Source: an uncultured virus (IMG/VR IMGVR_UViG_3300009167_000001) (Duplodnaviria > Heunggongvirae > Uroviricota > Caudoviricetes). Taken from it: 55,143 nucleotides of DNA. The position numbers and the translations under genes are program-made. This document shows, one piece after another, positions 1 through 8,821 of this stretch. The notes under the pieces are model-generated. The model did no database searches. It had not been told where the DNA came from and saw only the letters and a list, made by a program, of their open reading frames with translations. Where the stretch lies: the IMG/VR virus record IMGVR_UViG_3300009167_000001; one strand, written 5' to 3'. Position 1 is the first letter of the stretch; every line of letters begins with the position of its first letter.

Positions 1-12
1 TGGACTTAATAA

Positions 13-534
13 ATGTTAATGTTATATGGAATGCTGGGAGTCTTCTTTCTATGGTTGGTCATTATTATCTATTTGTGGAGAAATGATGACCTTTATGGAT
101 TTGAAGATGTTATAGCAACATTTGTACTCATTGTATTTATTGCCAGTGGAATTTTTTGGGGTGGGTTAACTTTTGGTCTTAGTTGGCTTGGTAATTATCA
201 TGAGAAGGTTGGAGAATATCAATTAGTAGCTTTGAAAGATACTGGAAGGGTTGAAGGCTCCTTCTTCTTAGGAACTGGATATTTTCAAGGTTCCGCTGCT
301 TATAGGTATTACTATCAACTTGATGAAAACTTTATTGCTATGAATCAAAGAAATTTTAGTGATGGTTTTATAACCTATATTACTGATGGTAGTTATCCTA
401 GAGTTGTTACGACCAAAGAACATTTTAAGAGCGGATTCTTGAATCACTTATTTTGGGACGTAAAAGGTTATGAAGATACTTATTATGTTCCTGAAGGTTC
501 TGTTCTTAATGAAATTAGATTGGACTTAGAGTGA
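13..534 (+). CDS. membrane protein, hypothetical
   Basis: 173-aa ORF with two N-terminal hydrophobic segments; overlaps next gene (GTGA). Confidence 0.6.
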   Translation: MLMLYGMLGVFFLWLVIIIYLWRNDDLYGFEDVIATFVLIVFIASGIFWGGLTFGLSWLGNYHEKVGEYQLVALKDTGRVEGSFFLGTGYFQGSAAYRYYYQLDENFIAMNQRNFSDGFITYITDGSYPRVVTTKEHFKSGFLNHLFWDVKGYEDTYYVPEGSVLNEIRLDLE

Positions 535-1184
535 ACCAATATCATAAGATAAACTCAATCTTTAAGAGAACTACAGATGGAAAGAAAATGCTTTTTGGGG
601 AATACTCCCAGCCTGAGTTTGAATATCTTAAAGATAATTTGTGGGAGTTTACTGAGAAAGTAGATGGAACTAACATAAGAGTCATGTATGTTGGTTGTGA
701 AGCCTTTGGCGATGATATGTGGTTTGGTGGTAAAACTGACAACGCTCAAATTCCTGCCCATTTAGTAAACAAATTAAATGAACTTTTTTGGATTGATAAG
801 CTAAGGGATGCTTTCCCTAGTGATAATCAAGAGGATGCTATCAGAACTATTTGTCTTTATGGTGAAGGCTTTGGAGCCAAGATTCAGAATGGTGGAAAAT
901 ATATCCCCGATGGGGTTGACTTTGTGCTGTTTGATGTTAAAATAGGGGAGTGGTGGCTCAAGAGAGAAGCTGTTGAAGATATAGCTGCCAAGCTTGGTAT
1001 TATGGTCGTACCATTAATAGACCAAGGAACCTTAGAGGGAATGATTAACCTTTGTAGGCACGGATTTAAGTCTCAATGGGGAGACTTTGTAGCTGAAGGT
1101 ATAGTAGCAAGACCAGTAGTAGAGCTTAGAGATAGGAGCGGCCATAGGATTATTACTAAGCTGAAGCATAAAGATTTTCAGTAG
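531..1184 (+). CDS. ATP-dependent RNA ligase (Rnl2-like nucleotidyltransferase domain)
   Basis: Motif I TEKVDGTN, LYGEGFG, FVLFDV, AEGIVARP, terminal TKLK; no OB domain. Confidence 0.8.
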   Translation: MNQYHKINSIFKRTTDGKKMLFGEYSQPEFEYLKDNLWEFTEKVDGTNIRVMYVGCEAFGDDMWFGGKTDNAQIPAHLVNKLNELFWIDKLRDAFPSDNQEDAIRTICLYGEGFGAKIQNGGKYIPDGVDFVLFDVKIGEWWLKREAVEDIAAKLGIMVVPLIDQGTLEGMINLCRHGFKSQWGDFVAEGIVARPVVELRDRSGHRIITKLKHKDFQ

Positions 1185-1196
1185 GAGTAAATTACT

Positions 1197-1442
1197 ATGA
1201 GTGTATTCTTAATTCGCGGCCCATTTGTGGGCAAGGGGAACAGAAGATATTGTATAGCAGAAGTTGATGGCAAGAGACGTAAAATAAATTACGCTAAATA
1301 TCTTGTATTAAAGGCAGGAATTCCTGTAGGAAAACATGAAGAAGTACATCATGTAGATGAAAATAAACTTAATGATGTGCTAGAAAATTTGAAGCCTCTA
1401 AAGGAATATAAGCATAATAAAGAACATAAAGGAAAAAAATGA
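1197..1442 (+). CDS. small HNH endonuclease-like protein
   Basis: EVHHVDENKLND..ENL......HNKEH HNH motif; RBS AGGAG upstream. Confidence 0.7.
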   Translation: MSVFLIRGPFVGKGNRRYCIAEVDGKRRKINYAKYLVLKAGIPVGKHEEVHHVDENKLNDVLENLKPLKEYKHNKEHKGKK

Positions 1443-1569
1443 TTACCTGTCCTTTAACAAAAAGTGCATGTAATATGCAGTATTGTGAATGGTGGTACAC
1501 TAAATATAATACTTGTATGATTATGTTTATAGGAGTATCGTTAGGTCTATATTGTGAAAGGAATTCAAA

Positions 1570-2001
1570 ATGAGTAAGAAGTTTGTTGGTGTACAGTTTG
1601 TTGAAACAGTCAGAACGGGTAAGAATACTCTAGCTTTTGGTATCTATAATGATTTTGATATAGGTAGAGTTCCTTTTGCTGGAGTGTCAGAAAAAAATGC
1701 GGAAGACACTGAAAAAATTAGTAGAGGTAGAAACTTTGCTGTTGGTCGTGCCTTTCAAAATCTCGGTAAAGAAATTGAAAAGCGTGAATGGGCAAAGCTT
1801 AAACAGCCTGTTAAGAAAGAAGTGTCTGCTAAAAAGTTATCTGCTAAAGAAGTGGCAGAGCTTATGAACACACCAGAAGCCATTAAAAAGCGTGAGGAAA
1901 GAGCAAAGAAACATGCTAAAGAGAATCCAAAAGCCGCTAAATCCGCAGTTGAAGCAGATAGTAAAGTCGGCAAAACAAAAGCGACAGCTACAAACAAGTA
2001 A
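1570..2001 (+). CDS. hypothetical protein, Lys-rich C-terminus
   Basis: 143-aa ORF in gene-dense + strand run. Confidence 0.55.
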   Translation: MSKKFVGVQFVETVRTGKNTLAFGIYNDFDIGRVPFAGVSEKNAEDTEKISRGRNFAVGRAFQNLGKEIEKREWAKLKQPVKKEVSAKKLSAKEVAELMNTPEAIKKREERAKKHAKENPKAAKSAVEADSKVGKTKATATNK

Positions 2002-2216
2002 CTATAAAGAAATTGTAGAGCTATTTTGGACTATGCCACATAATAATTGTGTAGTTTCAGATATGCCTACTAATCCTGATAATGTAAAAAGAGGACTAGA
2101 TAGAGCCATTAGGAAGTGTGGTTATCCTATGGTATCTACTGTCAAAAGGGGAGAGGTCTTTATTAAGAAGACCTGAGCCAATAGGGGGGTTAATCCCCCT
2201 AGCGAAAAGGAGAGTT

Positions 2217-2447
2217 ATGCCAACATGGAAATGTAAATATTTTGCTAAGATAGATGAAGCAGTTTTTTACTGGAATCCTTATGTAGAAAATTGTGGACTT
2301 TGTATCAATTGGTGTGATGGAGAATGCATACACCAGGATAAATTGAAAGTACAAGGTGAGAATGAGGGGTTCGAAGAAGGTTTTATTGACAATGATTTTA
2401 GTAGGAACGTTCCTCAACTTGATGATGGGGGTGAGTATGGCAATTGA
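2217..2447 (+). CDS. small Cys-rich hypothetical protein
   Basis: ATG at 2217 after AAGGAG; CGLC..W...C motif and acidic tail. Confidence 0.5.
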   Translation: MPTWKCKYFAKIDEAVFYWNPYVENCGLCINWCDGECIHQDKLKVQGENEGFEEGFIDNDFSRNVPQLDDGGEYGN

Positions 2448-3249
2448 AAAACCGTGGGATGATTGGCCTGATACAGATATAGAAGCAGGTTGGTATGTAA
2501 AAAATGAAAAAATCTTTAAGGGTTATTCTGAGACAGAATTTAGACCTAACGAAAATATAACTCAAAAGCATTTCTATGATGTTCTTTTTAGGGCTAAAAT
2601 TATAGATGCTACTGACACAGTAAATATTTCTGACAACACTGTTACAATATCTCAATCTCAGATTTATATGCCTGGAACTGCTTGGACTTCTAAACCAACT
2701 GATTTGGTAACTAGATATCGTATGGCAGTTATGGTGTATCGACATAAAAATAATATTCAGCCACCTAACCAAGACCAAGTAGTTATTGATAGACTAGAAA
2801 AATTGTTTCAAGATAAACCTGTAACTTGGCAAGGAGTAACTCGTAAGTCTAAACTGATTGGTCATGCCAAAACTATTGTGGAAGATTCCAGAAAATATGG
2901 AATTCCTATTTGGTTATGCCTTGGTCAAGGTTGGCGTGAATCACAGTGGTATACTACTGGACTTAGCATAGACTATAACTGTGGTTGGGGAATGAAAGAC
3001 ACTAAGGGATGGGGAGAAAAAGGCACTCCTGAATATGCTAGTGGCTTTGCTAATTATGTCTCTATTGATGAGTCTATTCATGCATATTTTCGATTGATGA
3101 GTAGTTCTAAGATGCCTTACAAGTCTCTCATTGATGCTGGTGAATATAGAGAAGCACTTGAAATCTATTCTCCTGATGGAGATATTGCGCGCCACTATAA
3201 AACAGTTATGACTGTAAAGAGTTGGTGTGAAGAAAGAGGAATAAGATGA
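2437..3249 (+). CDS. SLH-domain cell-wall glycan hydrolase (glucosaminidase/lysozyme-like), putative endolysin
   Basis: GGGGGTGAGT-ATG start at 2437; N-terminal IFKGYSETEFRPNENIT resembles the SLH motif; C-terminal KYGIPIWLCLGQGWRESQW...NCGWGMK resembles a glucosaminidase catalytic core. Confidence 0.65.
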   Translation: MAIEKPWDDWPDTDIEAGWYVKNEKIFKGYSETEFRPNENITQKHFYDVLFRAKIIDATDTVNISDNTVTISQSQIYMPGTAWTSKPTDLVTRYRMAVMVYRHKNNIQPPNQDQVVIDRLEKLFQDKPVTWQGVTRKSKLIGHAKTIVEDSRKYGIPIWLCLGQGWRESQWYTTGLSIDYNCGWGMKDTKGWGEKGTPEYASGFANYVSIDESIHAYFRLMSSSKMPYKSLIDAGEYREALEIYSPDGDIARHYKTVMTVKSWCEERGIR

Positions 3250-3423
3250 GAATAGATGACCCATCATTAGATAAAATGGCTCTTAATAGAAGAGAGTTTT
3301 ATCTTTTGATAAAACGACTTCAAAGTATTGGTCAAGAGATAGACTCAGGAGCAGTACGTTATGCTAGAGATAATTTGCATAACTTAGTTCAAGGTCTAAT
3401 ATATAGATATAAAGAGGAATTAA

Positions 3424-3792
3424 ATGAATGAACAAGAGTTAATAACAAGAGTTGAAGAAGACCGTAAAAAAGTTCAAGAAGATTTGTTTGAAAAAGTTAG
3501 CTTAATGTTTCATTCAGTACTAGGAGTTTATCCTGATGCTGTTCCATTTGATGGAATTCATACTGTAAATTATAATACTTATGTTCATACAGAACTTTGG
3601 GAAACATGGTTAGATGGTTATAAGTTTCTAGTTGAAAAATCCACCATCGTTTCTAGAATAAAAGATACTCCAAGATACAGTGTTTATCAAATAACTAACT
3701 ATAAAAATGATTCTTCATATTTTACAAAACTAATTTCTAGGTTTGCAGATATCGACCTTAAAAAAGGTGCTAAGATAAAGAAGAAGAAATAA
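3424..3792 (+). CDS. hypothetical protein
   Basis: 122-aa ORF overlapping upstream small ORF 3246-3431. Confidence 0.5.
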   Translation: MNEQELITRVEEDRKKVQEDLFEKVSLMFHSVLGVYPDAVPFDGIHTVNYNTYVHTELWETWLDGYKFLVEKSTIVSRIKDTPRYSVYQITNYKNDSSYFTKLISRFADIDLKKGAKIKKKK

Positions 3793-3966
3793 GATGGGCG
3801 ATTTAATTATGCTTATCTTTGTAGGAGCTTTTAGTATTTCTCTTGGATGGTTTGCTGGTATTAGCTATGCTAGAACTAATCTTCCTAAATGGCAAGCTGA
3901 ACAAGCAGCAAGACAAGAATTGGAAGACCAAAAAGAGTATGAACGTCTAAAAAAGAAGTATGAAAA

Positions 3967-4239
3967 ATGACTAAGATAAAGGAACTAGAGAAGTTCTTAA
4001 CTTCCCTAGAAGAAACTCCTTATGAAGTAAAAGTATTTACTTTTGACGCAGATGGAATAAGGATAGCGGAAATAAGCTATGTTCATCGGCGTTCTAGTGG
4101 AGTATTTGGTGCATCTTACATGAGAAGTGAGCCAGAATGTGCCGCTATTATTCTTGCCGCAGAGAATTTTCTCATATATGAGGATGAGGAAGAGCTTGAA
4201 GAAGTAAAAGGCATATTAAAATATCTTATTGGGAGATAA
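3967..4239 (+). CDS. hypothetical protein
   Basis: 90-aa ORF, ATGA/TAATG coupling on both sides. Confidence 0.5.
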   Translation: MTKIKELEKFLTSLEETPYEVKVFTFDADGIRIAEISYVHRRSSGVFGASYMRSEPECAAIILAAENFLIYEDEEELEEVKGILKYLIGR

Positions 4240-4432
4240 TGATGAGGCTTTATGAAATAGGAATCTGTTTGACATTATACAGAACAGTAGAAGTTCCTGA
4301 CAGTTATCAAGATGAACAAGATATAGATGATTACATCAATGAGCATTATACAGGCAATAAAACCATGATAGAAGCTATTGATGATGGGGATTTTCAAATA
4401 GATGATTTCTTCTGGCATGAGGTAGGTAAAAA

Positions 4433-4648
4433 ATGAAGGTTGGCGACAAAGTTAAAGTTATTGGCTTATTGAATGAGCATGGAATCTTAGAAGGAGATTT
4501 ATGCACAGGAGCAGTAGGTATAATCTCTCAAAGAGGAATTTTGTTTCCCTGGATAGTAACTTTTGACCATCCTATAGAATGGATAGAAAATAAATATTGG
4601 GTAGATATGCCCTGTTATGAATCAGAATTGGAGTTATTGAATGTGTAA
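4433..4648 (+). CDS. small SH3/KOW-like barrel protein (paralog of the 12826-13934 array)
   Basis: MKVGDKVKV...GAVGII...FPWIVTF...YESELEL pattern. Confidence 0.6.
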   Translation: MKVGDKVKVIGLLNEHGILEGDLCTGAVGIISQRGILFPWIVTFDHPIEWIENKYWVDMPCYESELELLNV

Positions 4649-4838
4649 GTATCCTGAAATTGAAGTAGAACTTGTTGGTCAAAATGGAAATGCTTTTGCT
4701 ATTCTAGCAAATGTCTCAAAAGCATTGAAGAAGGGTGGAGTGCCTAAAGAAGAGATTGATAAGTATATGGATGAAGCTATGGCAGGAGATTATAATCATC
4801 TTCTGCGAACTACAATGGAATGGGTAGAGGTTTATTGA
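4641..4838 (+). CDS. small conserved phage protein
   Basis: LVGQNGNAFAIL...GDYNHLL motif typical of a widespread small phage family; function unknown. Confidence 0.6.
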   Translation: MCKYPEIEVELVGQNGNAFAILANVSKALKKGGVPKEEIDKYMDEAMAGDYNHLLRTTMEWVEVY

Positions 4839-5167
4839 TGGGTACAAGAGCATTAGCAAAAGTTTATGATGAAAGTGACAAAGTTTTAGTAACAATCTAT
4901 AGACACATGGATGGTTATCCAGAAGGATTTGGAGCAGAGCTAGAGGATTTTTCTTCTACTTTTAAATTGGTTAATGGGCTTTCTTCTTGCCAAGAAGGAA
5001 ATATAGCAAATGGTATGGGATGCTTTGCTGCCTCTCTTATTAAAGAACTTAAAGAAGGACCGGGAAGTATTTATATAGTTCCTCCAGAGGGTGGTATGTG
5101 GGAAGAATATGTCTATCATATTAAACCTAATGGAGAACGAATAAGTATTTCTGTAGAAGAAACTTAG
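4838..5167 (+). CDS. conserved phage hypothetical protein
   Basis: MGTRA...YRHMDGYPEG...EEYVY motif; TGATG coupling. Confidence 0.6.
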   Translation: MGTRALAKVYDESDKVLVTIYRHMDGYPEGFGAELEDFSSTFKLVNGLSSCQEGNIANGMGCFAASLIKELKEGPGSIYIVPPEGGMWEEYVYHIKPNGERISISVEET

Positions 5168-5195
5168 AAAGATACTACGCAGAAAGGGGGTGAAA

Positions 5196-6203
5196 ATGAA
5201 AAAGATTTTACCTTTTATAGTAGCCTGTCTTATCGTCTTTTTATTGGCGTTTGGTGCATATTATGTACCAACGGTTAATGCTGATAGGCCAGAAACTACA
5301 ACTACTACGCAAGTAGTAAGTTCAGGAACAGAAAATTGGACTGGAAATGGTAGTGAAAATAATTGTGAGAGTGGTGGAACATACCATTGGATATTAACTG
5401 CCGGTGGTGGTGGATTTGATTATACTAGTGCCACATTATATGTAACATATTCTAGTGGTCCAGCTAGTGTGAGTTCTGGATTTTTCCCTGGTGGAAGTAA
5501 TCATGGAGCAATTCATTTCTATTCACATGGTAATGGAGAAGTAGTAAGTGCTTATGCTGTTTGGAATGGTTTAGGTACTCCTGGTAATCAAGTATTAACT
5601 ATTAGTAGTTCTGTGTGTTGTACAACTACAACTAGCAGTACAACCACAACCAGTAGTACGACTACTACAACTGAACCTCCAACTACAACTACAGAAAGTA
5701 CTACTACAACTACAAGTTCAACTACTACTACAACTGAACCACCTACAACTACTACAGATAGTACGACAACTACAACGTCAAGCACAACTACAACTACTGA
5801 GCCGCCTACAACTACAACTAGTAGCAGTACGACAACCAGTAGCAGTACAACCACGACTGAAAGTACAACCACAACTACTATTCCAGAAACCACAACTACA
5901 ACTATTCCTGAAACTACTACGACTACAATTCCTGAGACAACTACTACGACTACAGAACCAGAAACGACTACAACTACAACGGAAGTAACAACTACTACTA
6001 CAACTGAGCCTGAAACAACTACTACAACTTCTGAACCTCAACAAGCAACTAGTACAACGTCAACTAGTTTGACTACAACTACTTCGGTAACGGAAGAATT
6101 TCCATTTACTGGATATAGCAATTGGTATTGGCTGTTGTTAGGTATCGGTGTTGTATTGTTAGCTGGTGGATTGGTAAGTCGTTTTGTTGGAGTTAAAAAG
6201 TAA
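5196..6203 (+). CDS. secreted Thr-rich (mucin-like) surface protein with LPxTG-like sorting signal
   Basis: GGGGGTGA RBS; N-terminal signal peptide; small Cys-containing globular domain; long Thr/Ser/Glu/Pro stalk; FPFTG + hydrophobic helix + basic tail (RFVGVKK). Confidence 0.8.
   Translation: MKKILPFIVACLIVFLLAFGAYYVPTVNADRPETTTTTQVVSSGTENWTGNGSENNCESGGTYHWILTAGGGGFDYTSATLYVTYSSGPASVSSGFFPGGSNHGAIHFYSHGNGEVVSAYAVWNGLGTPGNQVLTISSSVCCTTTTSSTTTTSSTTTTTEPPTTTTESTTTTTSSTTTTTEPPTTTTDSTTTTTSSTTTTTEPPTTTTSSSTTTSSSTTTTESTTTTTIPETTTTTIPETTTTTIPETTTTTTEPETTTTTTEVTTTTTTEPETTTTTSEPQQATSTTSTSLTTTTSVTEEFPFTGYSNWYWLLLGIGVVLLAGGLVSRFVGVKK
5621..6090 (+). repeat. imperfect coding tandem repeats of the Thr stalk
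   Basis: EPP units start at 5673, 5736, 5799 (63-nt period); IPE units at 5880, 5904, 5928 (24-nt period); Thr codons vary between copies. Confidence 0.85.
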
Positions 6204-6217
6204 TTTACTTAGGTAAG

Positions 6218-6240
6218 TGGTGCCTCATTATGAGGCACTA
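6218..6240 (+). terminator. stem-loop after surface-protein gene (terminator or processing site)
   Basis: TGGTGCCTCA-TTA-TGAGGCACTA inverted repeat; no clear U-tract. Confidence 0.45.
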
Positions 6241-6259
6241 CACTAAAAGGAGTTAAAAT

Positions 6260-6637
6260 GTGAATGATAAATATTGTCCAATGTGTAAACAAAATTTGCC
6301 AAGGACAGAGTTTCATAAAAACTCTAGAACAAATGATGGCTTACATGGATTCTGTAAAAAATGTAGAAGCAATAAATATTATAAAAATGGTCCAGTTAAA
6401 AAGATAACACCTTATTCTAAGGAGGAACTTCTTTCTAGACCTATAGAACATATGTTGGAAATTTTTACAAATAAACAATTAGCAAAAATATGGGGAGTAT
6501 GTGAGAATGAGGCATCAGATATACGTTGCTCTCCGTGGATTACAAGAGATGATTGGAAGCATGACTTATTTGCTGGTGAACCTAAGTTGAATAGATTAAA
6601 AAGAGTTCAACTTATGGAGTTCATAGAGAAAATGTAA
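6260..6637 (+). CDS. Zn-finger protein with possible HTH
   Basis: CPMC...LP..EFHKNSRTNDGL..FCKKC (HNH/endoVII-associated type Zn finger), followed by TNKQLAKIWGV. Confidence 0.6.
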   Translation: MNDKYCPMCKQNLPRTEFHKNSRTNDGLHGFCKKCRSNKYYKNGPVKKITPYSKEELLSRPIEHMLEIFTNKQLAKIWGVCENEASDIRCSPWITRDDWKHDLFAGEPKLNRLKRVQLMEFIEKM

Positions 6638-6844
6638 TTCTAAAGAGGGGAGAATTATAGAAAGCAAGCTTTTTAGCCAGCTTTAAAGAGAGCAAGTGGT
6701 TAAGGGGCAACTGGTTAGAGAATATAGCAACGGAATGGTTGCAGACTAACAGCTAGTTAAATGGGGAGTCTGGAAAATTGTAATGGGATTAGGTTTCTCA
6801 TACTCTGTCGAAACAGGCTCCCCATTTTTATTCAAGAAGGAAAA

Positions 6845-7468
6845 ATGAAATATATAAGTCTAGTAATATTACTCTTAATGTTTTTAGTTGGCTGCGATGG
6901 AGAAACTACAACTTCCATTGATACCAATACGACAGATACATTGTACACTACAACAGTTTCAGAAAGCACTACAGAACATGGAAGCACTACTACAGAAAAT
7001 GGTACGACAACCAGTAGTGCTGCAACCACAACTACTGAATATTTATCTACTACAACTACAAACGGTGAAACAACAACTACAGTTACTAATCCCAGTTTTT
7101 GGCGAGAAGAATGGCCTGATATAAGTGAAGGATTAGTTGCTAATGTACAGCATTTTGGTGCTATTCCAAACGATGATGGAGAAGATGGTTGGGCGATTCA
7201 AAACGCTATTGATTTTGCGGCGGGAGAAAAAACTCTAGCTCAAGTTGCTCCAAAGGATATGCCTGAAACATGGAGAACTTATTACCAATTTTGGGAAGAT
7301 GCTAAGACAGCACAAGTAACTGGAGATTGGTCTGTTCTTGATAAATACTATCTTCCTTTGGAAACGGTTGACAAACAAAGTTATGCTAGTATAATAATTG
7401 TTGGAATTGTTCTAGCTCTGGCTTTGATAATTGGTACTATATATATGTCTCTTAGGAGAGAAAAATGA
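6845..7468 (+). CDS. Thr-rich lipoprotein with beta-helix-type N-terminal motif and C-terminal TM anchor
   Basis: ATG 6845 after AAGGA; lipobox LVGC; Thr stalk; NVQHFGAIPNDDGEDGWAIQNAID motif; hydrophobic C-terminus + RREK. Confidence 0.65.
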   Translation: MKYISLVILLLMFLVGCDGETTTSIDTNTTDTLYTTTVSESTTEHGSTTTENGTTTSSAATTTTEYLSTTTTNGETTTTVTNPSFWREEWPDISEGLVANVQHFGAIPNDDGEDGWAIQNAIDFAAGEKTLAQVAPKDMPETWRTYYQFWEDAKTAQVTGDWSVLDKYYLPLETVDKQSYASIIIVGIVLALALIIGTIYMSLRREK

Positions 7469-7746
7469 ATGACTGGCAATTGATAGGACATTGTGGTGTT
7501 GATAGTGGTCAGATTATTTTGGTAGACCCATGCTATGTAATTCCTGACCGCGATGAAAATCCTCCTAAAGTAGTCTATGAGGATATTCTTGAAACGTGGG
7601 ATTATAACCAAAGACCACCGCAGAGGCATATCCCATTTGAAATGGGAGTTGTTGTGGAGTCTGGATATGGTGATGGTTATTATCCTGTTTATGCTAAGTT
7701 TAATAGTGAGGGTAGACTTGTTCAGGCCATGATTGATTTTAATTAA
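7465..7746 (+). CDS. DUF4241-like protein
   Basis: GVDSGQIILVDPCY ... SGYGDGYYPVY motifs. Confidence 0.6.
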   Translation: MNDWQLIGHCGVDSGQIILVDPCYVIPDRDENPPKVVYEDILETWDYNQRPPQRHIPFEMGVVVESGYGDGYYPVYAKFNSEGRLVQAMIDFN

Positions 7747-7756
7747 TAGGAGGTAA

Positions 7757-8821
7757 ATGTTGGATTACAAATTAAGTGTTGAATCTTTAAATGAGTTACA
7801 GGAACAGGATTTAGATTTTAAAATCATGTACTCACTAGATAGAATTGCAGAATGGTATCGTCATTATGATGGAAAAACCTATGTAGCCTTTTCTGGTGGT
7901 AAAGATAGTACTGTTCTTCTTCATTTAGTGAGACAGATATATCCAGATACTCCTGCTATTTTTAATAATTCTGGAATGGAATATCCTGAAATAAGACAGT
8001 TTGTAAAAGAAACAGACAATGTAACTTGGCTTAAACCAAAAATGAACTTTAAACAAGTTATTGAAAAATATGGTTGGCCTGTTATTAGTAAGCATCAAGC
8101 TGATTCTATAGCACAGGCACGAAGATTCAAAGCAGCAGGAAACCTTGAAGGCTTTCAAAGAAAGCTAAAACCTGGACCATATTCAGTAAATAAACGTTGG
8201 CAATTTTTAATAGATGCGCCTTTTAAAATTTCAGGTAGATGCTGTGAATACTTAAAAAAGGAGCCAGCTTCTACTTATGTGAGAGCTACTGGAAGACAGG
8301 GATATTTAGGATTTTTAGGCTCAGAAAGTTGGATGCGAAGAGGGTTAGCATTAAGATATGGTTGTAATGCTTACGAATTAAAAACTCCAGTTTCTAGGCC
8401 ACTCTTCATTTGGAAAGAGCAAGATATTTGGGATTATCTAAATGCTTTTAATGTTCCATATAGTCCAATATATGATATGGGTTATACACGAACTGGTTGC
8501 ATGTTTTGTATGTTTGGTCTTCATATGGGAAGAATGCACGGCGAAGATAAATTTGAAATGATGAAAGAAACCCATCCAAAATATTATTCTTATTGTATGA
8601 ATAAGCTTGGGTGTGGGGAAATTATAGATTATATTATTCAACGGTCTGGAGAGCTTCCTCCAACTGAAAAAATATGTAATGCGTGTAAAAGAACTCTTCC
8701 TGCAAGCACAGAATTTTTTGCTCCTAGAAATAATACCAGACTTGGATTGCAACCTTTGTGTAGAGAATGCTTTAATAAAAGAAGACGAGAAAAATATTAT
8801 GAGAAAGAAGCTGGAGTATGA
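7757..8821 (+). CDS. PAPS reductase family (PP-loop) protein with C-terminal Zn finger
   Basis: VAFSGGKDS PP-loop, CCEYLKKEP, RTGCMFCMFG; extra CNAC...CREC domain. Confidence 0.85.
   Translation: MLDYKLSVESLNELQEQDLDFKIMYSLDRIAEWYRHYDGKTYVAFSGGKDSTVLLHLVRQIYPDTPAIFNNSGMEYPEIRQFVKETDNVTWLKPKMNFKQVIEKYGWPVISKHQADSIAQARRFKAAGNLEGFQRKLKPGPYSVNKRWQFLIDAPFKISGRCCEYLKKEPASTYVRATGRQGYLGFLGSESWMRRGLALRYGCNAYELKTPVSRPLFIWKEQDIWDYLNAFNVPYSPIYDMGYTRTGCMFCMFGLHMGRMHGEDKFEMMKETHPKYYSYCMNKLGCGEIIDYIIQRSGELPPTEKICNACKRTLPASTEFFAPRNNTRLGLQPLCRECFNKRRREKYYEKEAGV

Noticed and set aside
2182..2201. Hairpin TAGGGGGG-TTAA-TCCCCCTA as a terminator
   Set aside because: The stem is real but has no U-tract and its function cannot be supported; ORF 2118 probably starts at 2217
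5588..6044. Minus-strand Val-rich and Ser/Cys-rich ORFs
   Set aside because: Antisense shadows of the Thr-codon repeats; no RBS, and all credible genes are on the + strand
6763..6824. tRNA-like element (GGGGAGT...GCTCCCCA)
   Set aside because: Only ~62 nt, with no TTCRA T-loop or D-arm; kept only as a generic structured-RNA candidate
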